Shown here piece after piece: positions 39,048 through 52,973 of a stretch of DNA of 64,000 bases (position 1 is its first letter; the number at the start of each line of letters is the position of its first letter). The position numbers and the translations under genes are program-made. The DNA comes from Paraphysomonas bandaiensis (taxonomy: Eukaryota; Protista; Chrysophyceae). The stretch spans positions 558,001-622,000 of the forward strand of contig CBFFRP010000298.1 in the NCBI GenBank assembly GCA_965644295.1. Reading direction: 5' to 3'. The notes under the pieces were generated by a model. That model had not been told where the DNA came from. It worked only from the letters and a program-made list of their open reading frames with translations, and ran no database searches.

Positions 39048-39938
39048 ATGCAGGGGTCGTATGATACAAGAGATGAGATCACAGGCCCTACAGAGGGGTT
39101 AAGGGGCCCTATAGAGGAGCTGAGAGGTCTTATAGGGGAGGAGATAAGCGGATATATGTCCGATCATGACTGTTACAGGTTCCTTATAGCGAGGGGCATG
39201 AGCATGACCAAGACTGTTGCTATGGTGAGGGGTTGGTGGCAATGGTGGAATTCTCCGGCCTATAAAGATGGTCCATTTCCGTCTGCTATAATATCCGCTG
39301 CTTCTATAGAGGACCCCAATGAGGAGATTTACACTGATCTTTGCCCTCATGCACTCCATGGATTTGACAAGAGTGGTCACCCCATTTACTGGGAGAAAAC
39401 TGGAGTTATATCACATAATCTTAAGCATCTCAAAACACAAGTGGATATCGATACTTTAGTTGCCCGTCATATTCGCATTCAGACGTTGACTGAAATGCGT
39501 CAGAAATACAGCAGCAATAAACTAGGCCATCCAGTGGAAATGGCAGTGATTGTATTCGATCTTGCCAACGTAAAGAAAATGCCGGATTTATTTGGTATCA
39601 ATCAGCTGCGAAAAATCGCGGCTATGGATCAAAACTACTACCCTGAGAGATTAGCGACCTTAATAGTGATTAACGCTCCCAGTTTTGCGACATCACTATA
39701 TAAACTCGTGAGCTCAGCTATCGATCCGAAAACTGCATCAAAAATTAAAATCGTGGGTACTGATTACGTAGAAACTCTGAGGGAGCATATGGATGACTCC
39801 CAAATTCCTGAGGAGTATGGAGGGTCTGCTAAAAATGTATCTTGGGGATGGCCTTATTCTGAAGAAAGTGGGGTATCTCCGGCCCAGCTGAGAACATATT
39901 TTGAAAGGAAGACTTCTTCTTCCGAGATTGCAGTTTAG
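39048..39938 (+). CDS. SEC14/CRAL-TRIO lipid-binding protein
   Basis: RFLIAR, GFDKSGHPIYWE, DQNYYPERL, INAP and IPEEYGG. Confidence 0.93.
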   Translation: MQGSYDTRDEITGPTEGLRGPIEELRGLIGEEISGYMSDHDCYRFLIARGMSMTKTVAMVRGWWQWWNSPAYKDGPFPSAIISAASIEDPNEEIYTDLCPHALHGFDKSGHPIYWEKTGVISHNLKHLKTQVDIDTLVARHIRIQTLTEMRQKYSSNKLGHPVEMAVIVFDLANVKKMPDLFGINQLRKIAAMDQNYYPERLATLIVINAPSFATSLYKLVSSAIDPKTASKIKIVGTDYVETLREHMDDSQIPEEYGGSAKNVSWGWPYSEESGVSPAQLRTYFERKTSSSEIAV

Positions 39939-40751
39939 ACGGGTATTGTTCATCGATCGAAGAGACGATAGCTTATCTTTCTAATTTGTTTTGCCATATG
40001 TTTTGACGCAATTTTCTGGATTTCAAAATGAATGTTTAAATTGAATAATTGTTATTTCATGCTTACCCTAAGTAAATTAGTATCAAAGATAGTTATTGTT
40101 GTAATATTACCCTTGACTGGGATGCATCGGCTTATATAGGGTATACCGGTACCGGTCATTGGCTGTTTAAGTCACAAAACAAATCTGGCTGTTATGTTAT
40201 TCATTCAAGCCTGGTAGATATAACTCGACTCATATGCGCCGCCAATATTGGACACTCTAAAGTGTGCTTGTAGTAAGAAAGATCTCCTGTGCACAGTATT
40301 CAAACTCGAAGGGCTTCAATCTGTCACCTGCAATTATGCGGGCTGAGTCCTGACGTGCTAGGTCTTATTCCAAGTGAAATAGAGAATGCCAGGAGGACTT
40401 GAAATTGTTTCAATGTGTGTCAATAGAATAGGAAGGCTAACATCAGCTCAATCTCCACGACGTTTGTACATTGTTTGATCATCTGGGCGATAACGCAGCA
40501 TTGCTGCTTTCAAAACGGAAATTATTGTGAAGTTGAAAGGTGGAATGTTGTTAATAATAAACATTCATTTCTTCTTTATCCGGACGATAAAAAGAATTAA
40601 ATTGAAATATTGTTTCTCACTGAGGAAAGTCGGGGTAATACCAAAACATTCTCAGATGAGAGCGCGCGTTGATATCCCATTGCTGATTTTAGTTCTTTAC
40701 TATAAAATGGGTTTGTACCTACTATATGATCAGTATCTAAACAACTTACTA

Positions 40752-41153
40752 CCCTCAAAAAAGTCGGATTCGCACCTTTTCGTAGTGTTCTGGGGGATCA
40801 GTACTGAGATATTTATTCGGGAAACTAACGTGACCCGCATATATAGTCCGCAGATAATGTTCTGCCCACTCATAGCCTAATGCTTGTGTAGACGTCTTTT
40901 GGCCTTGGCAAATAAACAGGCATCCGGGAATTTGCACACCTGAAGAGCATCCGGGGTATTGGGCTGCCTACTGAGGTCACCTTAATGACAGTGCATAAAG
41001 TGGATGTACCTTGGTGCTTGCGGCGACGCACAAGAAGCATTCGTAGCTCCTAATAGTAGGAAATCAGAGCCAAGCACTACTTAGTTAAATTGTTTAGTTA
41101 CATTAGTTCTGTCTCTTACACGCCAATTGCTAATAATCAAACACTCACTACTA
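40752..41153 (+). mobile_element. SINE-like full copy G, internally shorter
   Basis: Same head and tail as copy A. Confidence 0.8.
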
Positions 41154-41797
41154 ACTAAAATACAACATACAACATAATTAAGCTAGTCAATTAGGTGCAA
41201 TTAATTGGCAAGATTTACCAATAATAATTGCAATTTGTTGGAAAATGGCATACAGTGTCAATCGCTAAATTCATATTGCCTCAACTACCAATCATTTTGA
41301 AACAATCTTAGATATCACGATCTTATATATATTCTTCAGTTTCACTACTACGATTGCTATTATGACACTAGTTCTCATTTCTCACAATACAGTTAACCAC
41401 TTCTGTATTATTCCATTAACAGTCATATCTTAGAACTACATCTTTTAATTGCTCTCAAACAGCAAAACTCAACACAATTATCATTTTATAAACTAATTGG
41501 TGCCGTTCTGTGTGTCGTATAAATTCGTTCGGCTGTGTCCGACAACAGGTATATATTATGTCATACGATAAAATACATATGGGTTACACGAAAATGATAA
41601 TTACCATTTTTATATTAAATGTTGGCAAATCATATTTATACGGTATAATACAATACGCAAGCTAAAAGTAGGCATATATGTGTGCAATTCAGCCACCTAT
41701 GAAAGTACAAAATTGTATTTAACATGTAATGTTATTCTATAGCACAGCATCGATACTGTGCTATCTGCTTAAAAGCTATCTCTTTGCGGCAATTTCT

Positions 41798-43692
41798 TTA
41801 ATAACTGGAAGAGGCCATTGATATAATTGCATTGTAAAACTCCTTGAACTCTGAAAACCCAATTTTACCGTCCTGGTCGGTATCAATCGCAGAAAATAGT
41901 TCTTCGATATTTGACATACTGATGGGTTGGAACCCCGTCGGGTTCACTCGTTTACTCTCCAACATACATCCCACAGCTAGATTAAAATCCTGGAGGTTAA
42001 CATATCCCGTATCATTGATATCAAATACGCTGAAATACATCCTAATCACAGCCTCGTCAACAGGGTGGTGATCTTCCTCTGGCTGGAATGCTAACATTGT
42101 TATGAGAAATTCCTTCAAACTAATAGTACCTACGAACAATAAGTGTGTCATTCTCAGTACAACCGAGTATCAAGAAATGACTCACCAGTGTTACCAATAT
42201 CAAACACATTAAATACACTACGCTGTGCAAGATTCGGAAGACCCGCCTGTGTAATAATATCTACAAATTCCTCGTATGTGATTTCTTTCTCCACAGAGGT
42301 CCCGCTTTCATCAGATATTAGGCTGTTAGTGGATATTGAGGTGACCACCATTCTCTTGAAAGCATTGATGCGTGTTCGAAACTCGATTGTACCTGCCGAT
42401 ATATCTCTGCTCGCCTTCACAGGGCTAGAGGGGTAGCCCCCAGGTGAAGCGGTTAAACTTTCTGCAGGATCATCAGTACTGTCAATCACATTGCTTGATG
42501 CATTGATCGAGGATGTCGAAGACTTTACCGCCTTGCGCATTACAGGCAGAAGCTCAATAAGATGCTCGCGCTTTATCTTACTGCTCTCCCCAACACTGTT
42601 CTGTAAGAAAAAAGCCCGCATCCTCTGACGCAAGGCAAGATGTTTCATTCGGGTAAAGTATTCCGCACCAAGATTGGTATCGGGTACATCTGTGGTCATC
42701 CAGGGATGTCTGAGGATTTGTTCTATTGTGAGTCTTTCGTCGGGGTTTAAAATAAGAATGCGGCGAACTAAGTCCATGGCTTTGTCACTGATACCTTCCC
42801 ATCCTTTGCCCACCATGGGAAAGTATTTACCTGAAGCAGACTGCTCTGGGTTTTCAGGGTGGAATGGGGTTAAACCAGATAGCATACTGTAAAGACAACA
42901 TCCAGCTTGCCATATGTCCGAGGAGCTTGAGTACTCGCGATGAGAGAGGGTCTCCGGAGCGATATATCCACGGGTCCCGCAAGCCTTTTTGCGAATAAAA
43001 ATGTCTCCCTCATTAGCTATCTTTACCATAAGCCCAAAGTCAACTATCTTAATCTGTCCATATTGGTATTAGAGGCATTCGAAGTTATATATCATGCTTA
43101 CCTTCGTGTCATCAGTTGGATCTTCGAACATTATATTCTCCAATTTCAAATCACAGTGGATGTATTTCTGTTGATGAATACTGCGTAGTGCATTGATAAA
43201 TCCCTTAAACATGCGTTTCAAGTCTAGCTCTGAAACTGTAGTTCTATTGTGAATCCTATCGAGGACAGTGCCATGATCTAGCAACTGCATGACAATGACA
43301 GGATAGGAATTGCGCCAAAGCTTTCCATCCTTAATATTGGCAATCCCGTTGGGTGTATCCAAAAAAGTGCCATACAACTGAACCACACCGTGTACCCCTT
43401 TCAGAGACATCATAATATCGATCTCTGCTTGAATCGCATCCATATTCGGCGCACGTTTACAGTAACCAAAAAACTTGAGAGCAACAGTCTGTTTAGTGGA
43501 CTTTCTCGTGCCCTTATAGACCACTCCCATCCCGCCCTGAGCTATGTAACTGTTAACAGTGAAGTCCTCTGCCTGAAGCCGATAAGGTGAGTCGATTTCT
43601 GTCTGTGATTTAATATCTGCTTCACTGCTAACTGTCTTATCGTCATCGTGCTCGTTATGATGAGTCTTATAACTCGATTGACTGCACCCCAT
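41798..43692 (-). CDS. CDPK-like Ca2+-dependent protein kinase with EF-hands, 3 exons
   Basis: MGCSQS acylation-type N-terminus; QGGMGVV, VALK, HCDLKLEN, DFG and YIAPE; EF loops DIGNTGTISLKE (across the splice), DINDTGYVNLQD and DTDQDGKIGFSE. Confidence 0.92.
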
Positions 43693-44193
43693 TCGAAGAG
43701 CTTGATATCACTTAGATGACAGGAATTATGATCATACAGAGGGGTGTTAACGGCCTTTGAGGGGGTTGAATGGTGTGCATTGCAGGCAGATTGATTCTAG
43801 ATTTCTTCATATGCAAAAACATACTAAACATATGCAGGAGTCACACAGCAGTGAAGTCCATATGATTTGAAGTCTTCCTCGTGTACAGCTCTGTACATGC
43901 ATCTCTATACATCTAGACATCGTACATCATCCCTCTGTACTCAACATCGTACTGGATATGGTACATCACTGTATACCAGTATACCACACAACATATGATT
44001 TCTTTGACCCATATACAAACATGTACAGCAGTAGCTTATAGAAAGCAATGTTTTCTAACACATACCTCTGATTTTTTCTATATTTCCAGGATAATATTTT
44101 CCACGATCATAGAAAACGCCATATTTGTTATGTTAATAGTTATAATCTGCTGTACATATGCTGTACACACTCATTGTGGCAATGTCCAGCATA

Positions 44194-45974
44194 CAGCCGT
44201 TCTTAACAAAAAAAACCTACCAAAAAACCTCGGAAAAATCCTACCTTTTACAAAACCTACCCATAGGAGGTTTTCAAAACCTACCCAAAAATGGGGGGGT
44301 GAGGTTTTGAACGACCATCCGGGTGGTCCTTCAAAACCTCGGGTCCAAAACCTATGGTCTGGTCGATGTACCATATGAATCGATATTATACAACAAATAG
44401 AGCACACTAAACACATATTATAACTGGTTTAGCCCTTGACCATGGATGTGCTAATGAAGGACGTTGACAGTGATAGTGGTGAAGAAGTGTCTGGTATTGA
44501 AGATCCATATTATGGGCTGGACACTGACGAAGGAGTGCGGTAAATTTGAGCAAACCTTTTCTATTACTATATGCCACCTGTACTATGGGGAATAGTATAT
44601 ACTGAATCGCAATGAACTCAGGATCGCTCTGTTGGCGATCCTCTGTCGACGATACAAACTTATCTCTAACAACTTATTCCAGATTATACCGAAGATTCAT
44701 CATGAGTTAACTATGATGAAAGAGGAAATCTACTCCCAGCAGCATGATATATATATATGGCACATTATCTTCTGAGATTTGTTGGAGAGGACCGAAAAAG
44801 TAACACTTATTATTTAGTCCTTCTATATCCTTCCTTTGAAAGAGTAAAGACTGTGATTTGTGTTACTATGTTGAGTAGGGAGACTGTGTGTAATCAACAG
44901 TGTAGAACACTGAAAATGATGATAATAACAATTATTATTGACTTCCAAAATATTAGACACCAGTCTAGAGTTCTTTGGCTGCCTTATGTTGAATGTTGAC
45001 CAACACAGATATGTCCCCTGGGGCACGTTGCAATAGGTGTGACTGTATACATATCCCTCGTCACGTATTGCATTTGTTTATTAAAAGTGTCACTTTCATT
45101 ACCATGTATTCGCCACGCTATCAACAATTGAATTCACTACCGTTATATATCGTTAAGTATTTTAATAATGGCAAAGTCATCACATCAGTCGTTAACATTT
45201 CCAACTGTGAGTGTTCGCAACATCCTAGCTATCATATTTTACACTACTGTCATCAAAATTTACTGATGGGGGTGGAGCTGAAGCTAGTGAATACTATATA
45301 CTACGAACTACGAATAGTTTTCATGGCTAACAGTTTATCTCATGGCTATACTTTGATGCTCTCATTGACGCAGCTAGATGGAACTGCTTTCCGAACTCCC
45401 ACTCCGCAAGATCTATCTCGTATTCCGTAATTCCTTGCTCGTTTTCTCGCGCAGAAATTGTTGCCTGTATTCCTTCACCACGCTCCTACAGCTCGTCTAC
45501 GTTTCTATGTAGATACTCACTCCTGAGATTCATCTCACCATGGAAAACTGAGCCGAATTACCAACAGCAATGAACAGTCCCTCTTCGAAACGCTTCTTAG
45601 GTCACAACTTCACTCAAGTCTGATATGTCAATGATGAAGCCTCGACCTTCAATTGTTCCAAGAGTTGGTGACTCGATATCATCAATATCTGCTTCCTATT
45701 GAGGGTCAACAGACCCACCCGTGTCATTGGAAACTGAAGAAGTGTCCATTGTTAACCTTATACTATCGAATAATAATGATTTATCGAGTAATTCTATTGT
45801 ACACTGTTTAAATATTCAAACCTGGTGGACGAATGCAGAGGTTTTCGAAATCCTCTGGTTTATGGGTAGGATTTTTTTGTTAGTACGGTGCAAAACGAAA
45901 GCCCAAAACCTCACCACCGAGGTTTTGAAAAAGGTAGGATTTGTGGGTAGGTTTTTTTTTGTTAAGAACGCGTG
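44194..45974. mobile_element. Non-autonomous CACTA/CMC-like DNA transposon
   Basis: 27-bp TIRs CA(GC/CG)CGTTCTTAACAAAAAAAACCTAC, 3-bp ATA duplication on both sides (44191-44193, 45975-45977), subterminal AAAACCT repeats. Confidence 0.8.
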
Positions 45975-46693
45975 ATACGGAAATCGTCTCTTGGGTGCAC
46001 AGAAGATCCTTGGCAATTGACATATTGCATGATAAGGTAGAGAAACACTGGAGTGATCAGAACTCGATTGCTGCTATGCATTTATTGAAGTAGTTAGGAA
46101 TGCATGTTCTAGATTCCAGATATCAACAATATATTGAAAGTCTTACATATGACAGATATTGGGAACAGAACATAGTGTTCGGTGCTGTGTTAATAACAGT
46201 AATTGCACATGTACTCTATCAATGACAAACCATTTAACTCGATATAGCATTCTATATTTCAACTTACATACTTACATATGTATATCAATGATACCAGCAG
46301 TTAATAGTGACTATCAAGACAGTTACTGTATGTGTATGTTCTTCCTATCAAAATAGTAGTGTACTTACATGTTTTCTGAAGCGTTGCTGCATTGTAATGC
46401 TTAGTGCCACTTAACGTAGTAAGCAGCTCACAACTACTCGCTTCGATATGCCGCTACGATATTGAGCATCATTTTCTACCTCTCTAATGTAACATAAATA
46501 CCTTACACTACACTACACTACACTACACTACAACAAATACTCAATTACGTGACCATTCTTACTATGTTAACCCCACCTTTGCATAATATAGATCAGAAAC
46601 AATTACGTCATTGAATAGTTTCACAAAACTTCAGTGTAAATGCCTACACTCCAACCGTGAAAACAGCTACACGCCTTACGCACAACTATCGTC

Positions 46694-48446
46694 CTATGGG
46701 TCCATGTCTCCTCCCGGACCTCCAGGGCGCTTAGGACCTCCCGCGGGCTTGGACATGACGATCTGATCTACCCTCAACACAGTTATTGCGGCATCCACAG
46801 CCAAGCGGAGAGCATTCAATTTCGTGGCGTAGAGATCATACACACCAGCAGCGGCAGCGTCCATAGGCTTGAGCTCCTCGGTGTCAAAGCCCATATTGGC
46901 CCCTTGTCCGTCGGCGTGGGCCTGGTGGAGGTTGTGCAAATGAACAGTTGAGTCTCCACCCGAGTTCTCAGCCAAAGTGCGGGGAACCACGTCGAAGGCC
47001 TCAGCAAACTTTCGGATAGCATACTGGTCCAGGCCTTTTACCTCGTCCGCGTAGCTCTTCAGCCGTCTGTTAAGTTCGAGCTCCACTGCCCCCGCTCCGG
47101 GAAGCAACCGACCATCGTTGCAGAGCGTCTTCACAGAGCAGATCCCGTCGTCCAAGGAGCGCTCCAAATCGTTCATAACGTTCTCAGTGGCAGCGCGGAG
47201 GACAATACTGGCGATGGATGTATCTTCAGACTCATCCTGCGTAAGCATGGTGATCTTTCTGCCAGCAACTTCAATAACTTCAAGCCTACAAAAAAGCTGT
47301 CAAGGAAGGAAAGCAATCTACATTTAGTAGTACTCACAAGGACACTTCCCCCATCTCTTCGGGAGAACAGGGGCCAAGCTTCATCACCGCAGTAGCTCCA
47401 AGGGCTCCACAGATTCGTCTGAGCTCGAATTTGGACATGATCTTAAGCACCATTAGCCCATACTTGTCCAAGAAATGCAATGCCATCTCACTCACTGAAC
47501 CATTGCACACAACTCCCTTCACCCCTGCCGCAGAAATGCTCGCAACAATTTCCTCCATCTTCTTCTCCTCACTCTTGTTATAGTTCATCAGCTCATCAGC
47601 ATTCTTTAGGAGGACTGTTCCCTTGGCCTCCGCAGATGCGGCCTCGAAACCACAACCGAACACAATTACTTTCCCATTCTTAACGCTCTTGACAATTCCC
47701 TCCGCATCTCGCAGAATGACCATGCCCTTAACCACTGTACTCTGTAAAACATTGCCCCCCCGGAGCTTTGCGATACGCACATTGTCGACATTCAGTTTGG
47801 GGTGGGCGTTACCAGGGCGAAATGTTGAGATGCAGGCACGGGTAATAAGGTCGCCAAGGAAGTCCTCGTATCCAGCTTGCTTGGTGCCTACAACTGCACG
47901 TATGGCCGCCTTCACATCATCCACAGCACGCACATCCTGTACATTGCGAACAACCAAAGTAGGTAAGATATCCACTGTCTTGTTCAGAGCCATCTGGTAC
48001 CCAGTGACAATCTCAGAAGTGTGTACGCCATTCTTAATGAGCTCCTCGGCGTTCTTCAGAAGCTCACCAGCAAATGACAGTACCTAATAGATATATAAAA
48101 AACAAAACGACCAGACCATAAGCACTCTTACAAAATTTGTATTGTCTCCATATTCCATTTCTTGGGTCTCACTGGCCAAGACCAGCATCTTAGCAGCAGG
48201 GTGCTGGACCTCGAGCTCCTTAACTATCGTCGCACAGTCACTGGTGACTATAATCTTCTCTAAATGGTTCACAACTAATTTATTCATTCCGTTTGGACCG
48301 AGAGATGTTTGCACCATTCCAGCGATTGCCTTAGCGGCCTCAATGTTGCGGAGTACAGCCCCGTGCACTCCCTCGAAGTGCTTGTGGCCATCCTTTAACA
48401 TACCGCCTAGCCCGGCAGCTGCATTCAAATTCATAGATTTTGCCAT
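46694..48446 (-). CDS. CCT8: T-complex protein 1 subunit theta (chaperonin CCT), 4 exons
   Basis: TSLGPNGMNKLVVNHLEK, ELEVQHPAAK, GDNTNFV, PGAGAVE and VDQIVMSKPAGGPK. Confidence 0.97.
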
Positions 48447-48953
48447 TGTGAATAAACAATATTATTCTACTGAATTAACTGGCAAATAACTTGTATATAT
48501 ATAAGCTGCACACCTCGAAATATGTATATACAAGTTGCCCATTACCAGACTCTTGGTCTCAACCACACACACAAAAACACACACAGAAATGTAGACAGAG
48601 TTGGAGAATGTGTATGTATGAATTTGTATGTATGTTGAGTGTACTGTGATACCGTGTACGTGAATGTTGTGTGCAAGTAAGTAGGTACTCACTGCGGTTG
48701 GATATTGGTTTTGTAGGATAGGTCTGCAGGTACATAAGTACAAAAACAACTCTAGTACTCTCCACCACAAAAAGAAACGAACACCATCAAAACTAAAATC
48801 CTGAATATATCCTATGTCGATTAAAGATACTTTATATGTGGTCGAAGGAAAGGTGAGCAAAAAATATAATAAAACAAGTTGAGTGAAGTGGTCTGTGGAG
48901 AGGTGGAACAAGACCTTAACTATTATTATAGGTGAAGAACTGGTTAAGCTACA

Positions 48954-49370
48954 ATGTCATCATCTGGAACTTGCGTAGGACTCAACAAGGGCTTTCCTGT
49001 CGAGAAGAGGAATGTCCCTAAGAGACCAAGCCAGAACAAGACTGTAAGAGTTTGTATTATGCAATATATCTCTTGTAATTGATATGCAGAAACTCTCCAA
49101 GCGTAACGCTATGGTGAGAGACCTTGTTGGCGAGGTTATGGGCATGGCTCCTTACGAGAAGAGACTCTTGGATATGCTTAAAGTTAGCGGAGCCAGTGCC
49201 GATAAGCGCATGTACAAATTCGCCAAGCGCAGGGTAAGTCATATAGGAGTGATTATACGTCGATGACATGCTTTTTCCAGCTTGGATCCCACAAGAGAGC
49301 TTTGAAGAAGCGCGAGAAGGTCAAGGAGATGTACTCTAAGATGAGAGCTAAGGCTGCTATGCACAACTAA
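48954..49370 (+). CDS. RPL36: 60S ribosomal protein L36 (eL36), 3 exons
   Basis: VGLNKGF, GMAPYEKR and KFAKRR|LGSHKRALKKRE. Confidence 0.96.
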
Positions 49371-49965
49371 ACACCTTTAATATGTACATTGGCTGTCATC
49401 ATTCCAGATGAATTCCATGCTTTTCAGTTGAGGATGGGCTTAACGTAAATCTTCTCTCTTCAATAATACTATTGTGTTTACTTCATGTTCTATGTGGGTG
49501 GTCGGATACATTGATGTGCGATTTAGGCATACGCGGATACTTGAGTATGAAAGTATCAACGTGAACCTATGCAGTCATATATCGTTGTATTTCGGATCAG
49601 AAAATGATGACAGCTCAAGTCAACACATTATTCAACCGTGCTAGCATTCTGGTCTACTACCACATGTATGATTACGTTCTAGCCGCTATTTCAGTTTGCT
49701 TTTATATTTATTACTTTAGACCATACGCTTAGTTATTACATTCGACATTCCAATGTAGACAATTATACTTGCAAGCATAAAGCAACTGCATAGCATTTCT
49801 TAATCAACTAGATTCGAATAAGAAATCTTACAACTGTGAAAAGTTGTAATCGCATGAGGCTTTGGTATTCAATCTAGAGGTTGATCTACAAGAACTCTAT
49901 CCTCCAGAATGAAAAAGCACCGTTCTCCATAACCCTGAATGCAAGCTAGCTATATATTGAATGTC

Positions 49966-51050
49966 TTTTTATTTAGCAATAGGCGTTAAAAACTCGTTCC
50001 GATATAGCGGCTAGTTGAATACTAGTCTACTAGTTAGACCTCTACCCATAACTAATCAGCACAAATTCTATTATCCTACTATTTAACGCTACAGAAGCTG
50101 CTTGTGCGTCGCCGCAAGCACCAAGGTGCAACCACTTCCGTTCTTGATGTTGTGTGTGAGTTCGCCCTGCTCGTGTGTCTGAGGACTCACTGGCGCGTGT
50201 TGTCCGGGGGTCTCCCCTTGGGATACGGTTCCGCCTGACTCTGAGGTACCGGGTTCTGTATTAAGGTCCTGAGTGTACCGAGCACTAGATGTGTGGACTG
50301 AGAGGTTGATGGTGTGGTGGAATGTGGCGGTGTCGCCATGCACCGTTTGGGCGTTGGGCATAGGTGGAGTTGCCGGAGACGTCGTCGCCTTTGTCTAGGG
50401 CCTGTTGGTTTCATACGGTCCGTTGCTATGGTCCTCTGTGTATGGTTGGTAGGGTTCAGAGGTGCGGTGGGCGGTGTTCCAGTCTCGGTTCTTCTGTGGA
50501 TTCCTAGTAATCTTAGCACCCTTGGGCGTTTCCGTTTCTGTCTGTGTTTTGGACTCGGCCGCGGTAGTAGCCTTGGGGGGCCTTTCCGTAGGGTCACGTA
50601 TCTTCTTCCGCGATCTTGGATCATGAGCTTTGCTGCAGCGAAAAGCGGTAGCAGTAATTTGATGATCGCTGATTCGATGCTGCGCAGTCCTTGGGATGTC
50701 AGTGATTCATGGATGTGATCTCCAAAAACCATTTCAAGCTGTGTCATTGTGATGGTACCCGTCCAGAATCTCTCCACCTGTGGCACGGAAGGGTTCCAGG
50801 CCCTGCTGGAGAGTCGCTGGAGTACAGTGGTGGTCCATTGGGGTAATTCCGGATTCCTCATTTCTTCTAGGAGCGCGTTTTTGTGGCTGTGAAATGCAGA
50901 CTCCCTTATCTGCGTTATGGTGTCGTTTGTGCAGTCTAGACACATATGCTTGAGTGAGTCTAGTCTAAATCCGCAGTCAGAGCATACGGCTTTAGCCATG
51001 TCGAGTCCGTGTTTGGTTTTCGCCCGGTTTCTTCCTATGCTGAAGGACAA
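49966..51050 (-). mobile_element. 5'-truncated LINE (non-LTR retrotransposon): C-terminal CCHC region plus 3' UTR tail
   Basis: Open 287-aa frame with CSDC..DSLKHMCLDC ending PYPKGRPPD.., followed by the family tail; higher GC than the flanks. Confidence 0.8.
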
Positions 51051-51491
51051 GCTAGCTATGTCCCTGTTACCCTGACCACATTCATCAGGATAATTACGTG
51101 CAGCGTATCAGGTATCAAGTATTCAATACATTATTAAGATATTTATCGTATTATTCACACTTGTTACGACGTTCTTCTACACGTGTCATATGTATAATGT
51201 ATAATTAGCTTTTTACAAGAAAACGTCATTAGTGATTCGCTATTAGCGATATCACAATGTATCAATCTACTAACTAGCTAGTATATGGCTACAGTACTAT
51301 CATTGGTGTAATATAAAGAAGAATTAACATAGGTGTAAATTATAATAAAGATATAAATGAATTAGTATCGAATATATGGAAAAACAACGAATGAATAGAA
51401 AATAAATACGAAAAAATAGAAAGTAAAAAAAGAATCGAAAAAGGATAAAGGAAAGAATCGAAAGAAAAGTAATAAACAAGGACAACTGTAT

Positions 51492-52792
51492 CTATTTAGA
51501 GACAGCTGTGTAGTTTGTATGCAATGTGGTGTGTCTGTCAAGCATACCGTCACATGGAGGGTTACCGCAGCTGTAGACGCGACAATTCTTGACCGTGCAC
51601 CTCCTCCATTGTGCCCTAAATTCACCACCTGTAGATGAACACCCACAACATTTTTTGTTAGAATGTCGGGGCTTGGAAACATCGTTCACCATTGGTAGTA
51701 CCACATCCATGTCCACTTCCGCCTCTTCTTTCCCTAGGCCAAGTTCTTTGCGGTAATTGTACATTGTGCTTCGACAGAATGTAGTGGTAGCCCTCGCATT
51801 GGGCTTGCCCATCTGTGCCGCCACTTGGAAGGCCTTCTGCCAAGAGTCTTCATAGTTTTCTGTCTCTCCCCCAGTGTCATCCTTAGCTTTGAGAGCTTTC
51901 ATGGCCTTGCAGTTATCAGTAGTCAGTTCGACCAGCTTTCGCTGCCCTTCCACAGTCAACTTGCGGGGTCGCCCTAACACACAGTCTGGACTCTCTCCAT
52001 TAGAGTGGCGGTTTAACGCACTTGTGATAACATATTTAGTGGAGGATACACAGATAAATAGGAATGAACTTACGCTTGTAATGTGTGTCTGTCTACTTTC
52101 ACTACTTTGGACGCCTTATTTACGCTAAACCCCCTCGTATTAACGAGATCTATGCCAACTCGCTTCCGTTCATTCACATCAGCTGATACGGGGGGTAACA
52201 CTGTCCCACTGCGAGTAATCATCGACCCTGAATGGATGTATATGTTACTACACAGTGAACATATGCGTAGTAGTTAACTTGCATAGATATATGAGCAGCT
52301 TACCGATTACAAATACAGAAATTACAGGCGAACGAAAAGGAAATAAAAGAAACAGTTTGTAGTGGCAAAACTATCTCTGAGTGTAGATCATTGATATACA
52401 AAATAGCAGTTGATATTGCACTGTATATGTATAGCACTACCACTTAAAGTAATGATATTGATCATATCGGATATCTACAGCAGAGGCAGTGTAAGCAAGA
52501 TACTACAGATGAACACTGTGTATGTATTCCTATTCCGGTATTGATACAGAGATTGTAGACTGTAGATTGTGAACTAGAAGTCTACTACGAAGAAGAAATG
52601 AAGTGAGTTGCTTGAAGTTTAATTGGGTGGGGGGTAGTTTTTTTGGACACTCCTGCTTTTGTATATGGATGTTGTGTACAGAGTATGCTGTTGAGTACAT
52701 TTTCTTCAGGGTAGGAATTCTTACGAGAAATCGATTTTCGGCTTTTTTTGTAAGAAAACTGGAATTCCACACCCCAAAAAACTGAAACAAGG
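51492..52792 (-). mobile_element. Internally deleted pogo-like transposon (psq-type HTH, CENP-B-like HTH, Cys-rich C-terminus; no DDE core)
   Basis: SVNKASKVVKVDRHTL, GRPRKLT, RSTMYNYRK and CCGC..WRRC..C..C..C..H. Terminal region 52590-52792 shares AGAAAT(C/T)GATTTTCGGC with 8621-8637. Confidence 0.55.
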
Positions 52793-52973
52793 CAGTATGG
52801 ACTCCACTGTACCAGGCAGGAGTATCTGGATATTGGCAGGTAAATTTCAGTACTAATGTGTGTATTGCTTATAGGTGTGTACAGGTGTGGATAGTAGGAG
52901 TGATATCTGGGTAGATATATGAATCATATCATCCAAGTGTATATTGAGATCAATGCTGTACTTTTGGAAACAG

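Noticed and set aside
47118-48489. Plus-strand ORFs over CCT8 (and similar antisense ORFs over other genes)
   Set aside because: Antisense shadows of well-supported genes.
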